From contig JAQGDQ010000847.1 of the NCBI GenBank assembly GCA_030141605.1, positions 1 to 64,000 on the forward strand: DNA of 64,000 nucleotides, given 5' to 3'. Shown here in pieces: positions 37,301 to 52,500 of the stretch. Numbering within the stretch: the stretch's first letter is position 1; every line of letters begins with the position of its first letter. The stretch comes from Tubiluchus corallicola. Its lineage: Eukaryota > Animalia > Priapulida. The position numbers and the translations under genes are program-made. A model generated the notes under the pieces. The model worked only from the letters and a program-made list of their open reading frames with translations, was not told where the DNA came from and ran no database searches.

Positions 37301-38852
37301 CACACAGACAGCTAGAAATAATTTCACTTGTATTTGTAAAGAAACAATAAGAACAAACACATCATTGTGATCATAAATTATTATTTGCAGCATTGATTTT
37401 TTAACATTTAATAACGTCTTTATCCTTTTAAATTATTTGTTTAAAACGGGGTTCTGCAGTTTAAAAGGGCTAAAAGTCCAGGAATCCAGCTAGTTTAACT
37501 CTGGTAGCTTGTATAGAAGGCCGATAAACCACAAACATAACTAAAATTACTATAGAGAGTTGTCTTATTGATTTGTCGAGATCAAAGTTTACAGAAAACA
37601 AGTGTTTCATAAATGAGCTGACCAAAACAACAATTATTAGTTAGCAAGGGACTGCAAAACCTTTATAGCATACATATTTTACTGCTTTAAACATTAATTG
37701 CATCGTCATCATCACCATCATCACCTGCGTCAACACCATCATCCCTGTTCAGTTTTTATCCTCATCAATAGCAACGATGACAAAGCAACAACAGCAAAAC
37801 GAACAAACAAGATAAACCACGAGCAACGATAATGTTACGTTAACCGTTGCCTACAATTTCCAAATACATGTACAGCAATTTTACAACTGAATACACTTTG
37901 ACCTAAATCACTTTAATCACTCAGGGAAGAAAGAATAAACAACGGAAAAATACAAACTCACAGGTATTAGAGCTAGACCACACTGAAAAACTTGAGAGAT
38001 GAATCCGGATTAATAGTTTAAATTCACAAATAAAGTCTTTAACAGACTTAATATAAAGAATACTGCACCCCTATATACTCATTAAGCATTCGTGGTTTTA
38101 GTGGTCAAAATAGAGTAAACATAAGAATTAAAACGTTTTTGTATTTCCTTCACATCAATCGCTTTCTGCATTCAGCTGCAACTTTGCTTAAATATGGCGC
38201 ACCACTTATTAGCACAGTTACTTTCAGAATGTAACATACATTTACTCTCAGGGTGTACATCCTTAATTTCTTCATTTGCACTAAAATTACTTTTAATAAA
38301 ATGAACTTGGAATAAGTCGCCAAAATTAATTGTTTCAACGAGATGCTTGGAATAACAAAAAATGTACAAATAAAAACAGTAAACGCACAAATATTTAGAA
38401 ATTTTAAAGCAAACATAAGGTACTCACAACATAATCTAGTTTTACTATGTCACATATACAAAAAACCTAGAATATTAAATTAGCGCATACAGCATACCAA
38501 GATGCAAGTATGGGATTTATTTTAAGCGGTTTTCTCTTCGAATTGCTTACTAACTTCAAAACAACATACATTACTGTATTTATGAATGAATATGATATTT
38601 GAATCTTATAAATTTTAAATACCTTAATGGGAAATGGAAGCATGAACCCTGTTAAGGAAGAATAAATGCATCATACAATTTTCAAACCAACGACAATCTC
38701 AAAGCACAATGCAGATGATAGAATTCAACTCGTAAAGCGTAATCAAGCCCCAATGACTACAATTAACCAGCATAAAAATCAACACAACAGGACTAACACA
38801 AAACCCATCATAATTGCAACAACATCAATAACATAAACACAGACCGTCGATT

Positions 38853-40781
38853 TCATGATTTGCTACCCTCATCTGCCTTTTGCTGAGATCCACTGCATGG
38901 TTGAGACGAGCTCTTCTCACCCTTCTCATCAGAATCTGAAATGATGATAAAAATACAAAAAAATAACTGTGATCCAACAAAATTAATTCATCAAAGCGTT
39001 TCAGATGACACTTCTTCCATGCTCCTATGTAAATTATAATAATACAATAATAATTTATTCTTAAAAATGCACTCGATCTGAAGATTTCAGTGGTTTCTAC
39101 AATAGAGCTAAAAGAGATAAAAAACATACAACCAATCATAATGAAAATAATTACACAGTTGTAATTTAAAAAATATAGCAACATATGACATTGAACAAAA
39201 AATTCACCCTTACAGTTTACAGTAAAAGTAGTTATAATTCTCAATTAATAGATATAAATTATCTGCTATTATAATAACTGTATTTTATCTCTCAACAGCT
39301 ACGATGAAAATGTGGAAAATATATGTAAACATACTCCTATACCTACTAACATACAAAATTTTACCATATATACTCACAATTATATATATATACTAAAAAC
39401 CGATTAGCTAAATCTGTTAAGTGCAATTTTATTTAACAGAAATCTCACAAAACTATGTTTTGTGAACACATGGTGAATCATAATTTGGGAGCTAGCCTTT
39501 TATCATTTTCTGTTATTTCTGTGACAGCGTGAGGAAGAGAAATAATGCAAAAGAGATGGGAAGGGAAAAAATAAAGAAAAAGTAAGAGGGGAAGAAAGAA
39601 AAAAGAGACAAAAAGAGAGAGACACAAAGCAAAAAAGAAGCTTAGCAACACATGCTTTCAGGTGCACATCCACCTTGATTATACGGCAGTAGATGAGTGG
39701 GTAGATTCAGAATGAGCAAAATATGTGGCAATGCCAAAATTTGTTTTCATTGATTTTTACTTAACAAACAGTAGATAATTTTCAGAACACTGTAGAACAC
39801 TGCCGAATATGTTGTGTTAGTGAGATCAATCATAGTGACACTGCTATTTTAATAAATATGTCTAATTATATTCTGAGCATGCTGAAAGCTAAAATGCTAA
39901 GATAGAGTTTTACAATGTTAACACGGATAGTATAGAGTAAAATTACTATATAATTTTTTCCATAGAATTCAGTGCACTGCTGCAAGCTCGAAGACAGCAC
40001 TTAATGGCAAAGTATGGGAAAAAATAGCAAAAATGAAGTCTAGCCAATGATAAAAATTGTTATCAATGATAACCAGAATAATCCTCTAAAATGAGCCATT
40101 TAACTGGCAGAGGTGTCCATACATCCAATATGAAGTAAACAGCCAGAATCAGTATGGCAAATGAAACCGCTGTGCATCAAACCAAACTATCAATCGCACA
40201 CCACTTGTCCAAAACATACGTGTGAGACCACAGAATAACTAAGAAAACTGTCTCGAGGTTGAGAAGATGATACAAAAAAAACTTCCCAACAGAACATTGC
40301 TTTCAATGCAGAAATGTGTATTCCATTGACCATTAACTATTTTCTTTATTACAAAGACCTACAGAAATGCAACAGCTGACAGTAAATTCAAATTCATGGA
40401 AAGCAAATTGTTACACAATAGGAGAGATTTACTGGTGCTATTACATGAAATTTCACTTCACTCTCAGAAAAAGCTGATCATAAGAAAATACATGCAAATT
40501 ACAAACCTGTGCATGAAAGATTATTCAGAGCTGTTGGAAGTTCAGCAGTAGAAACGGAAGCACTTTCCCCCATTATATGTGGCAAAGCATTTCTACGTCC
40601 AGTCCGCCCGCAGTGTAAGAAACTGTCCATTGTCCGAGCAAACTCTGCATCATCCTGTACTGTTTTTGACTCCTGATCAGCCTACAATAAGAATCAATGT
40701 CAGAATTTGGAAACTGCACGAAACTAATGATAATGCAAGCAAAATTTATTATACTCAATTTACCTGGTTATGCTGACTCAT
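38853..40781 (-). CDS. PKI: cAMP-dependent protein kinase inhibitor (PKI family), about 91 aa
   Basis: Coding exons 40781-40764 (MSQHNQ|gtaaat), 40681-40507 (ttgtag|GCT...ACA G|gtttgt) and 38935-38853 (tttcag|AT...TGA). Product: MSQHNQADQESKTVQDDAEFARTMDSFLHCGRTGRRNALPHIMGESASVSTAELPTALNNLSCTDSDEKGEKSSSQPCSGSQQKADEGSKS*. It has the PKI pseudosubstrate F-x3-GRTGRRNAL and an NES-like LPTALNNLSC. Confidence 0.9.
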
Positions 40782-43700
40782 CAACAAAGAAAGGTCAGAA
40801 CATTTTCATCAGCAAAATATCGGTTGCATAAACATCTCTAAAAAGTATGCAAATGAATAATTAGTTTTTTAATTAGCAGTAGGACAGTAGGCAACTTCAG
40901 AAACTTAGCGAGAAAAGCACATGTTCCAAATATTGCACATTTAAACTCATTGTCCGAAAAAGTGCAAATTTATGCAAAAAATGAATACTGCAGATGTTCC
41001 ATTACATGTTTTTGGGCATTAAGAAAGAGGCATAGCTTACATTGTTGTAAGTTTACCAACTAAATATGTAGAGTTTGAGGTCACTCAAAAAAAGAATATA
41101 AAACACTATAAAACATTAAATATTTCTGCTATATCACTCAAATTATTTTAAAGTTTCAAGTATTACTTTCACAATTCACTGCATACATTGGAAAATAAAA
41201 CATCCACACAGCCTAGAAAAAATTGTAGTTAAGTCAAACAGTAAGTTGTAAATAAAACTTCTAACCACTAAACAGATCTGCAGCAATTGATGTCTAACAT
41301 AATGTCATTCATTTTCGTTGACTGCCCAATCAGTGCCTGCAAGTTATTTCACACTCCTGCAGAGCTTAATTAACGCAGGTATGTTCGCGACATTTATCTG
41401 CAGTTCCGTTTAGCACTGTTACGAAAAATGCTCAACTTTTCATTACCGGTAGTTAGTGGCAGAAGTGTTGGTCTCATTCTAGATTTTATTATTGTCAATT
41501 GAAATTGCACGTGAATTAGTGGAAATATATAGTCTAGTTTCGTTTATAGGAAGAACTGCACAACGCTTACGTCTATTAGTTGCTGATTAAATCATTTTGC
41601 AATCAAGAAAATACACAGTTTAGTTTAGTTTATGGCTTTGCAAGTTAGATAAAAACAACTATTTCATTAATTTCAAAAATAGGACAAAACAAAATGTTTT
41701 CTTTTCTGGTCAGTTAATATATACCTCAATGAGATCTTCACAGTCAAAATTAATTCAAATGTGGTCAAAACCTATATTATACATCAATGTAATATTAGTT
41801 AATTTTACGCTATTTTTCTGGTTATAATCATGGTTAAAAGATGCCATTGGGACTTGTGTAACTCGGGCATTCAATATAAGGGTCATCTATTGGAATGGAA
41901 CAATCAAATTTATTCCGTTTCCGTAGCCTAACAAATGGAAAAACACAAAAACTGAATAAATCTTGCATACGAGCACATGATCAGTTAGCATAGAAAAAAT
42001 ACATTGCAGGCATGATGTTCGTATGTTCAAAGGCAAGAAGACTTAATATTTTTGTTGCTCATTTATTGTAAAGCAAGGCTAACTGGCTTAGTTTCTTTAT
42101 TATGATGGTGTCTATGAGTTTTGTAATGTTTTGAAACTTCGTCTCTACATTCTGTTTAAATTGAAAAGACTTTTTTGGCTACTTGAGGTGTTAATTTGGT
42201 GTAAAAATAGCTGCTGCTCTGCAAATTTATGAAAAAGTGCAATCAGTTTATCTGCTGATTAGACATTAGTTGTGATTGTCATGTTGTTTACTTTAGTTTA
42301 ATTTCAACAATTGTTGTCCAATGGGAGCTGTTGTCCTGAATGCCGCTGAGCGTGCTAAAGTGCAACGGAGGCGGAGCGATAGACCAATATGTACGACGTC
42401 AATTATACTCTTATTATGAATATCATCGCAAGGAATGAACGTTTGGTATTGATTAATACATATATGGTGTCTTCATATGTAACATGGTAAGTGCATGTGC
42501 TAGTTCACAATTTGAACAAATTTAGCATTATTGTTTACAACATAATTTTTAGTTTGCTATACAAATGTATATAAAATTTTCTATAGAACTACAGTAAAAT
42601 CAGCTAAAATTACACGACGTTATTCAGTTCATTACTTCCTTGAAATTTACGCTATCTGTAATGCATGGTCAGAAGTTTGTCTCACTATTCATCATTCAGC
42701 TGATTAACCTGCAAGCATCCTAATTCCTAAGAACATTCATCAGACAACTCCACAGATGATATCTGATCCCAAATCTGCTATTATCATCACAAAGACTCTA
42801 TATAGAATTTATCGATTACAAGTTTAAGACGCCAAGACAAAAGCAATCACCTTGACTGCCATAATGACATGCATTATTTGATGTACAAAAATGACAAGTA
42901 AAAAACAAAACAAACAAACTATTTTTTGCTGCTATATAAATTTAAAATATCGGACACTAACAATTTCAACTATATGCATAAATTATTTACGTTAAAAAAG
43001 TGTACAACTAGTACATAAATGCAGGTAAAATGTTCACTCAGGTAAAAACATACCACAAGCACTTGTCACTATAAGAAACTAGTGTGACTTGTTTCTCTCA
43101 AACCATAAGCTCTGAGCACACATGCAGTTTTAATTGACTGACATCCAGTTACACTACCTATGAGATACTCGCGCAGACTTTAACAGGTGGTGTGTGTGTG
43201 TGTGTGTGTATTGTGCATGCGTGTGTGTGTGTGTGTGTGTGTGTGCGTGTGTATTGTGCATGCGTGTGTGTGTGACTTTATAATTCTTCACCCTGACACT
43301 GCCATTGATTTTAACCAACAGTCACAAAAGCCTCACTGCATATCAACATGAGACATATGACCTACATACAGCCAAAGCTGTTAACATGCAAAAGTGACAA
43401 ATTGATTAATTACTTGCTACCTATAAAGGCTATACACATATCTATGCTGGCATAAGCTTAATGTGCTAGCTAATCACATCATTATATTGTATACATTAGG
43501 CAGGCAGACTTCGAAAATAAATGAAAACTGCCCTCAAAACATGTAAACACAGCAATGATCCAGTAAAAAACTAGCCACTTCTATGCCAGTGACTTGTCAG
43601 CATCACTTCTGAGCAAAGCTAGCTGAATACCCATGTTTTTAAAATGTGGGATATCTATAATCAGTTTGTTGTTTATCTTTTAGTGACTAATTTACAACCG

Positions 43701-43929
43701 ATATTGCTTGAAATTAATTCTGCTTTGTTTAAAATGATTGTTGGAACATCCGTGTAACTTGGTTTAATTACCGACAATCATTTCTCATAATCAATGTAAT
43801 TGCGAGAAGCACGCCATCAGCATCGAACACACTTCTGAACAAACATGTATATGCCCTTTAAGGTAGTATATTGTAAGATTTTTTGGGGGTAGCATATTAT
43901 AATATCTTCAAATTTGTGCTAAGGATGTA

Positions 43930-44099
43930 CAGGGTGTTTGGAAAGTCACTGTGCACTCATATATTTATTAACAGACATGTTTCAATATAGAATAAAGGCG
44001 AATAAATATGAATGGCAATTATAAACAATGTTGAAAGTGATCCCCGTTGACATCAATACATTCTTGGATCCTTCTTATTTTGTTTCTAAATACCGCTAT
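43930..44099 (-). mobile_element. Tc1/mariner transposon 3' end fragment
   Basis: TA|CAGGGTGT terminus. The minus strand encodes the transposase C-terminus IAVFRNKIRRIQECIDVNGDHFQHCL*. Confidence 0.7.
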
Positions 44100-47000
44100 C
44101 GGGATCAAAAGCTCAAATGTAAAACAAAAATTTGACTCACTACCACTGATCATGACATTTTGCCTTCTATTACACAGCAATTCTTCTATCCAGCTAAGAT
44201 TTTACCACTTATTCCATAAGCTCCTAGCTTGACAAGTAATCTCTGATGTGGTACGCTGTCAAAAGCCTTTTGAAACGCAATCAACAGGATGTTTATTGTC
44301 GAGCATATGCATCCAGTCTTGTAAAATCTCTAGCAACTGAGTCACACAAGATTTACCAGAAGAAAACATATGCTGTTGAGCACTGAACAAATTATTGGAT
44401 TCCATATGAATGACCCCAACATCATGTATAAAAGATTCAAGGACTTTTATGAGTATGATGTTAAGCTTATTGGTCTGTAATTTGTCACTGATTTCTTCCT
44501 ACTCCTTTTAAGTAGAGGTTTCACTACAGCATCTTCCCACAGTTGAGGTAAGTACGACTTGTTCCAGGATTTGCTATAGAAAATGGCAAGTGGAACTGTT
44601 AACTCCTTGGCAATCTCTTTAAGTATTTTTGGACAGAATCCATCTGGACCAGGTGCCTTAGCTATTTTGAGCTTTTTTAGTTTCTCCTATACCCATTTCT
44701 TCAGTAATTCCACTGTAAGGAGCCTAGCTGTCACTTCTCGATCACTTAGTGTTGGCATATTTCTTAAATGCTCCTGCAAAAAAACACTGGTAAAGTATGA
44801 TTTCATTATTTTCCTGAACAATGACACCTATTTTGCTAGCTAGCTGTCTTGTTTTGCTTTTCACGTAATTCCAGAAACCTCTAGGATTTGCTTTCAAATT
44901 GCTTATCAAATCTTTCTCATAATTTTTCACTAATTTACAAATAACGTTCCTGAATACATTTTTTTCTCGAAAGTACCATCTATAATCATTTACCCTTTTA
45001 GACATTGAATAGCGCATCCACAAGTGATTTTTTCTTCTTAACCTGCTTCACTGCTGTTTTGTTCATCCATATATTCTTTCTACTGTTTCTGGAATTTCTT
45101 TTCAGCAGTGCATTTAATGGAATTTTCTAAGACAGTACTTATGGCAACGAAAGATGCTTCAGCTTCTTTATTTTGTTGTTGAGCAACCCAATCAATGTTT
45201 GCAATGTTGTTTCTGATATTGTTGTAATTTGTTTTGTTCAGGTCTGATTAAGGTAGAGCGCAATGAGAAGTATCCCCATAACATTGAATTTGCCTGTTAC
45301 CTATCGGAGGAAGACTTTCAATATCATTTACAAGATTCTCCTCATTTGTTAAGACCAAATCCAAAACATGAGGCTCTTCCCCAGAGCGAAGCCTTGATGC
45401 AAAAATGCATGCTGAAAAAAGAAGCAGTCTTTGAAGCATTCCACAAATTCTTATTCATAGATAACTCTACTTGACCAAGTAACCCAGTTAACTTTAGGAA
45501 AATTAAAATCTCGTATTACCAATTTGTGTGAAAACAGATTATTCAAGCTGCACTCCCTCAATAGATTTTCCATGGCAGTATTGTTTGCATGACTGTATGA
45601 ACGGCTTCCGATTAAACATCCAACCAATAGTTTGTCTTTGCCTTTACGGTTCAACTTATCCACACATGATCAGGTACACCAATCAAGTTATCAAAACAAT
45701 CTTCAAGCGAAGCATTTAAACTACTTTTTATATAAATACAAACACCTCTTTGACAATTTTTACTTATATTTGAAAAAATATCATACCTTCAATCTAAAGA
45801 ACACACTGTTCAGCACTAAAACAGCATTTCTGGCAAAATTTCAGACACTGCAAAATGTCAATGTCATGGGTAACTAATAATAACTTTAATTCACTTAAAT
45901 TGTTCTTCAGAGAATCTGTGTTAGTATACATGCACATCAAATAACTGCTAGTGGATGCTTCTGTACATATTTACAAGAACTTTTGTTACAAATAGAACTA
46001 GCTGTTTGTCAGTCAGCTTCACTGGCACTACCAGAGCTCTTGATGTGATGGCTTGATAAAGGAGGAAAGTCAGTGTCAGAATTTTCAGGATCAATACGAA
46101 ATATGACTTTGCCTTGCTTCATAAGGACATTTTGTCCCTTTGCTTTTCTCTCTTTAAATTCCTTTGCAATCATTTGATTCTTCTCCCTTTTGAATTTTGT
46201 CAGGTTGAGATGAATAACTTAGAATATCATGACGCTTTTTTCAGAATTTCTTTTTTCTTCCAAAAATGGTTAGCAGAATTTTTTTTCAAAAATTGCATTT
46301 TGTTTTCTGCAAATTTGCCTAACCTGCGAACTTTATCAATTTTAATTCCTTTAATCTTCAAATACTCAAAAAGTTCAGCTACTTGTTGTTTGTACTGAGG
46401 CATCCTTTCGTCTGAAAATTCAGGTGCAAAATTAAATTTAATCTCCTCCTTTCTTTGTCCTGGATCTCAAAAACTGTAATTTTGACAGAATTCACTTCTG
46501 ACTTCCCAACTTTTTCTTTGTTGCTTATGGAAGCGGCTTCTTTAGTTGACTGGCACGTATTTTCAATCTGGCTGAACTTAATGGTTAATTCTGCTAAAGA
46601 TGCCTTAACATCTTGAACACTGCTAGCTAAGTTTGCTATGTCAGTTTTGTCTACTTTTTCAACAAACAAACTGTTGTACTCATCGACTTTCTGTTTAATT
46701 TTCTTGACATTTGCCAGTAACTTAATGATGTCTTTTTCTAGATCCATAGCTGTACCATTGCAATTTTCACAGTACCAATGCAGGTAGTGCTCAGGTGCCT
46801 TTAAAACTGATGTATGAGGCAACACTTACATTACCGCATTTAATGTGGTACCAGTTGCACATACTTTGCAGCACATCACAGGATGATATTGAAGAACTGT
46901 CAATAAACATACTGAGAAAACAGCAAAATTTTCACTGTTGAAACTGTCAAGAATCATATGTCTAACTTCCTCTTTTTCATTTTGAGACTTAGCAGGATTG

Positions 47001-47140
47001 AATTTTGAATCGCCATGTTGCATGTTAGTTTTACTTACAGAAATAGTGTTTGACCTTGTCTCTCTATGATTGTTTGACATATTGTTACTAGAATTCATAA
47101 TAATTAACTCTGGTGTGAAAATGACAGTCAATAAATGTGA
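44100..47140 (-). mobile_element. Degenerate CR1-like LINE: ORF1 (PHD-like plus coiled coil) and ORF2 (APE plus partial RT), 3'-truncated
   Basis: ORF1 remnants (CCKVC.., HWYCENC, EIQDKERRRLNLI). ORF2 remnants DFNFPKVNW, LDLVLTNEENLV, NPRGFWNYVKSK, KAPGPDG, NYRPISL and QKAFDSVPH. Many stops and frameshifts. Confidence 0.85.
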
Positions 47141-49560
47141 CAGTCAAGCGAAAAGAAACACACTAAAAATTGCAAAGCCCCATTTTGGTTTCATATAACT
47201 TAGCAAAATGTATGCACTGTATGCCAGCACAGAACCCAGAATGTATGGGTGATTAATCAGATGAACTTCATATTACTTAAAAGAAATATATTCTGAAGCG
47301 GTACAACTTTTCGCGAATAGATTTTAGACATTTTAAACACAACAAATTTGTGTCTGCTCACAGGTGGTACCCCACTTGGAGCACATTCATGTTATTTTGT
47401 TGTACTCATCTGTTGTACTTCATGTTTTTGTTGACAATTATAGTTGTGCAAATGCCTTTCGTTCGTTGTACTGCTTAATCATTTTGTACTCCTGTGTACT
47501 GTGCATCATTATGGAATACATATTCAGCTAAAGATATAATCAATTGCATTAAAGCTATGTAACCACTTTGAAATTGCTAAGTAATCCGAGGACTACTCTT
47601 TACATGAACACAGACTAAAATTAAAAACAAATAATTAATCAGCTAGAATAGCGAAATTTCTGGGTGAATTGCGGAGCGTACAAGGCGAGACCGTATTTCC
47701 AGCAAGCGCATACGCGCAACTGCCTACTCTATGTCTTATGCCAGCATAGATATCAACAAAAAGGCCAAAGTAGCCCAAACAATCTTTACACTTCTTCGCA
47801 GTGATATGGCCATTGATATTAAACAACAACTCACGAAAACGTTACTACCTACAGGGGGTAAATATCACTCCTTCATGATATGTTTCCTGCAGAAAATAAA
47901 TGGATTCTAAAAAACCAAATGCAAGTAATTCTAATATCGAATTTGATATCGAGAAAAACAAAGTATCGCCCACAAGCCACGAAATCTTATGCCCAAATTT
48001 CTTCCGCCACTGAAGATTTGCGCTGCGGTGACGACCAACCGCTTTAATATTTGGCCCTAGACCTTAAATTTAATAAGCGTGTAAGTGTAATTATTTATCA
48101 AGATTCGGGGCACCCTCTCGCAAAACATTTCCACTAGTGACATTATGTTCAGTCCTCAGGACTGAAGATACATTTCCTAATGATGCATAGCACACAGGAG
48201 TAAAAAAAAATAGGAAGAGGTATATAATAAATAAAGGGCATTTCCACAACTATAATTGTCGACAAAAACAAAAACCACAATAGAACATTTCACAGAAAAC
48301 CACAAGAATTTTGACGCATGGTCATGATTTAAGTCTTGATTTGTGCAAAATTTATGCAGAAAATTGAAGTACACTCAATCAGAGACTTAATGGAAACCAT
48401 TAATTTTAACAAAAATTTGAGAAATGAAGTACCTAAAATTAGCAAAGAATGATTAACAGCTATACATGTGATATGTCGACAAATAAATTTGCTTAGTCTT
48501 AAACGTCTCGATTTCAAAAAAGGCAAAAATAAATTTTCCACAGTGATGTATAATGGACGCAGCAAAAATGATTAAAAGAAAAGCTTTTTCAGGTAATAAA
48601 TTCAAATTTATGCTATTGTATGTGGGTACATACTTTATATATTTAAACTGTACGACTAGACATTACATTTTTTGCATGTGTGTACATTTTTGCGCTGCAG
48701 CAACAAAAATGATAAAATTAATTTTAAATTCCTGTAACTAAAAATTTCTTAAAAATACAACAAACTTGAAGGTGATTAAAGTACCAAAATTGTTTTTCTA
48801 ATTACTGTAAGATAAAAATTCTAAAACAAATGTGAATATTCTTGCGGCTGACAATAGACTAATACGAAGATGGCAGATTATACATAATCTTGTAACTCGC
48901 ATCTCAGATCCAATATTGTTCCAAACATATCCTCTGCGGAACAATTGGGATAATGCTAAAAATTGGGAATTTAGAATGATATAATTTAGGACCATGCAAG
49001 CCACTGCCTCCTACAAGCGCTTTTAATTTTGTTCATTACAAACTTTAATTTTCAAGCTTGTCATTAATAATGATGTAGTAAAATGCATTGTTACTTAGGT
49101 GCACAACACTAATTTAATGAAACTAATTTCTTGCATTATTTTCATGCCAATATGTATGTATGTGATTTATCCACGATAAAATGGAACTGTCGTCTTGCAG
49201 CAAACACGTTTCACTTTCGTTTCGCTATATAAATCTTTCTAAGATATACACCATTTCAGCCAGATACTACTAATGTGATACATTTTTGCTAATAAATTCT
49301 ATTGTATGCAACTATTGAGCAGTAGAGCAGAGCAGATTACTGCAATAGCATTTATCTAATTATGGCATATAAACTTATAAGAACTTGAAGCCTTAAGGCT
49401 TCAAGAATTAATGCGGGAAACGAATGCAAAACAGCTGGTGAACATTCAATTATTTGAAGAGAAAAAAGATTCGCTAATGAAGTGTTTGCAACTAGACCGG
49501 AGTTATGGTTGTAAAGATTATGAAAATAGTGCAATGGAAATACTTTAAAAAGAGGAGTTA

Positions 49561-52500
49561 TATATATATATATATATATTAATTCTTTATTTGTCATAAA
49601 AATGGTTCACTCATTGTAATAAAATTGAGTAAGCCTCAGCGTAATGTTAAAATAACCACACTGTTCAAGACAAATGCGTTCAGTGCATACTAAAAAACTA
49701 AAGTGCAAAACTATATACAATAAATGAACATATTTACAAACACCATATTAAAATATTTTTACAAAACAATTTTACGAAAGTACATTAAATTTTACATGAC
49801 ATATTTTACACTATATATACATTTGATATGACACAATTAACAGAAACATGCTTTACATTACATAAATTTCACTCATTACATTTACACTATTTATACATTT
49901 GACATTACAAAACTAACATAACACGTATTACATTACATTTTTTTTCAAATTTCATTTTTAATCGTTATATGGAGTCAGGGGCGGGGGTAGATGAAAGTGG
50001 AGTCTGTGTAATTAGTATCAGATGCACAATGTGGAAGTTGAAACCTGTTATATTGATATTCTTTTAATCTCTTTTTAAAGTGGTGGAGAGATTCTATTTG
50101 TTTTATTTCACTGGGTAGTAGGTTCCATAAATGTATGGCCTGTTTTGATATAGAGTTATTTCCAAATTTATTGTGTACTGTAATTTGCTTTAAATTGTAG
50201 TGTTTAAGTGTTTAATGTGGTATCAGGAATGAATGCTAAGGGTTTGTTTATAAATGGAATGCTCAGTTTATTTATATATTTATAAAGAAATATCAGTGTT
50301 TTGTAATCTCGATAGGCTTCTAATATTGGTATTTTTATGGACGTTCTTAAGCTTGTTGCAGAAGCAGCATGTTGTTTAGCAGTTTTGTTAGAGTAGCCAT
50401 GAATTAATCTAAGTGCGTAGTTTTGCATTGTATTTAGTTTTCTAAAGTTTTCATATTTAACGTTTTGAAGTAAAGTGCAACCATATAGATAATGTGGTAA
50501 TATAAGACTTTTGTAGATGGGAATTTTTGTTTTTTTTGGTTAGATGGCCTCTGGTTTGGCGTAAGAATGTCGTGCTTAATGCCATCTTGTTGTGTATTTG
50601 ATGAAACTGTTCATCCCAAGTGAGTTTATTGTCGACAGTAATGCCTAAAAATTTTACAGTTTTTGCTTGTTCTATGGAAGAGTCACCTACTTTTAGTGTT
50701 GCATTAGAAGAAATAATGTCATTTGATTTGGGTGATATTACCATAAATTCTGTCTTATCATCATTCATTTTTAAACCAAAATAGTTAAATGCTGCATTTA
50801 TATTTGTTATGTCTTTTTCTAGATTATTTTTTGATGTTAGAAAGTCTGCGTGTGCTGTATAGATAGTTGTATCATCAGCATATTGTGTTAAGTCTGAATT
50901 ATGTAAAACTAAATGAATTTTATTAACGTATAAACAAAAGAGTAAAGGACCTAATATCATACCTTGCGGGATGCCTCTCTGTGGTGTGTCCCATGTTGAA
51001 AAAGTGTGTTTGCTCAACTTGACTCTTTGTTTTCTATTGTGTAGGTAATTATTAATTAGTTTGAGAGAAGTATAATCGAATCCTAGTTGGCGTAAGTTGT
51101 CTAGTAGTAAATTGTGATCAAGGCTGTCAAAAGCTTTACTTAGATCTAAAAATGCTGCTGTTATATATTTATTTTTATTTAAGTTGTAACGCCACTTTTC
51201 AGTGGCATCAATTATCGCGTCTATTGTAGAATGTAGTTTTCTAAAACTAAATTGATGATTTGACAGTAACTTATTATTTCCAATGTAATGGTTTATTTGG
51301 TTGTAGATAACTCTTTCAAATACTTTTGGCTAGTACGTGCACTACTGAGATTGGTCTGTAGTTTTTAGCATCATCTTTAGCATCTTTCTTGTGTATTGGA
51401 GTTATGTTTGCTTGTTTACACACTGCTGGAAATTCTGAGTGCATTAAGACTTGGTTTGTGAGATATGTTAGATGAGGAGTAATGATGCTGGTACAATCTT
51501 TTAAGATTTTTATTAGCATATCTGAGGGTCCACTTCCTTTATTTATATTTAAACTGTTTAATATTCTAAAGATGTCGTATTCTGTGACGCTAGTAAATGA
51601 GAAAGTGGATTGTGTTACTGTTTGGTTTTTGTATATATTGTGTATATTTGCATTATGTTGGTGTGGCAAGTTGTCAAATTTTCCGAGATTGATAAATGTG
51701 GAATTTAATTTGTTAGCAATGTCAACTGGATCAGATATTATACTGTCATTTTCTCGTAAACTGTTTATTTGTAATTGATCGTTTCTATATCTGTTAAGTA
51801 CGTCATTAATTAAACGCCATTTTTGCTTAGGTGTAGTTGCATCATTGCATTTATGAATATAATATTTATTTTTGAGTTTCCTGTTGTAGTTATTAAATTT
51901 ATTTCGTGCCTTTTTGTAATCATTGTAATTGCTTTTACCTTTTAAATGTAAATATGTTCTATATAATTCATTTTTATTGTGTCTTAGTTTTGCGAGTTCT
52001 GTATCCACCCAAGGGCAAGCAAATTTTGCATTAAATTGTTGCTGATGTATTTTAATTTTTTTATACGGTGCATAGATATCCAGGCAGTATTCGATATTAT
52101 TTATTAGTGTGTTTATTTGTATGTCAATGTCAGTGATTGTGTAAATATTACTCCAGTCCAGTTTGGTTAAAGTATCTTGAACTATATCTTTATTATATGT
52201 AGAATAATCTCTGACTGTTTTCCAGACTGTGCCTGTATTGTTTTTGGTTAGTTCTTTTTTGTCTACTATTATTATAAAATCATGATCAGAATAATCACAC
52301 GAGAAGTTTTCCTGTACTTGGAAATTGTCTTTAGCGTTTGAGATAAAGTGGTCTATGGTAGTAGATGATGTTTTAGTGATTCTTGTGGGTTTATTACTTG
52401 CGTTTAGTATTTGCGTGTTATATTGGTCCAAGACTTCTTTATACTTTTCGCACTGAGCAGTATTTGTTGCATTAATATCGATATTAAAATCCCCCATTAA

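Noticed and set aside
38825-39244. 139-aa ORF in the track
   Set aside because: Wrong frame and mostly intronic; the real coding part is the PKI last exon in another frame.
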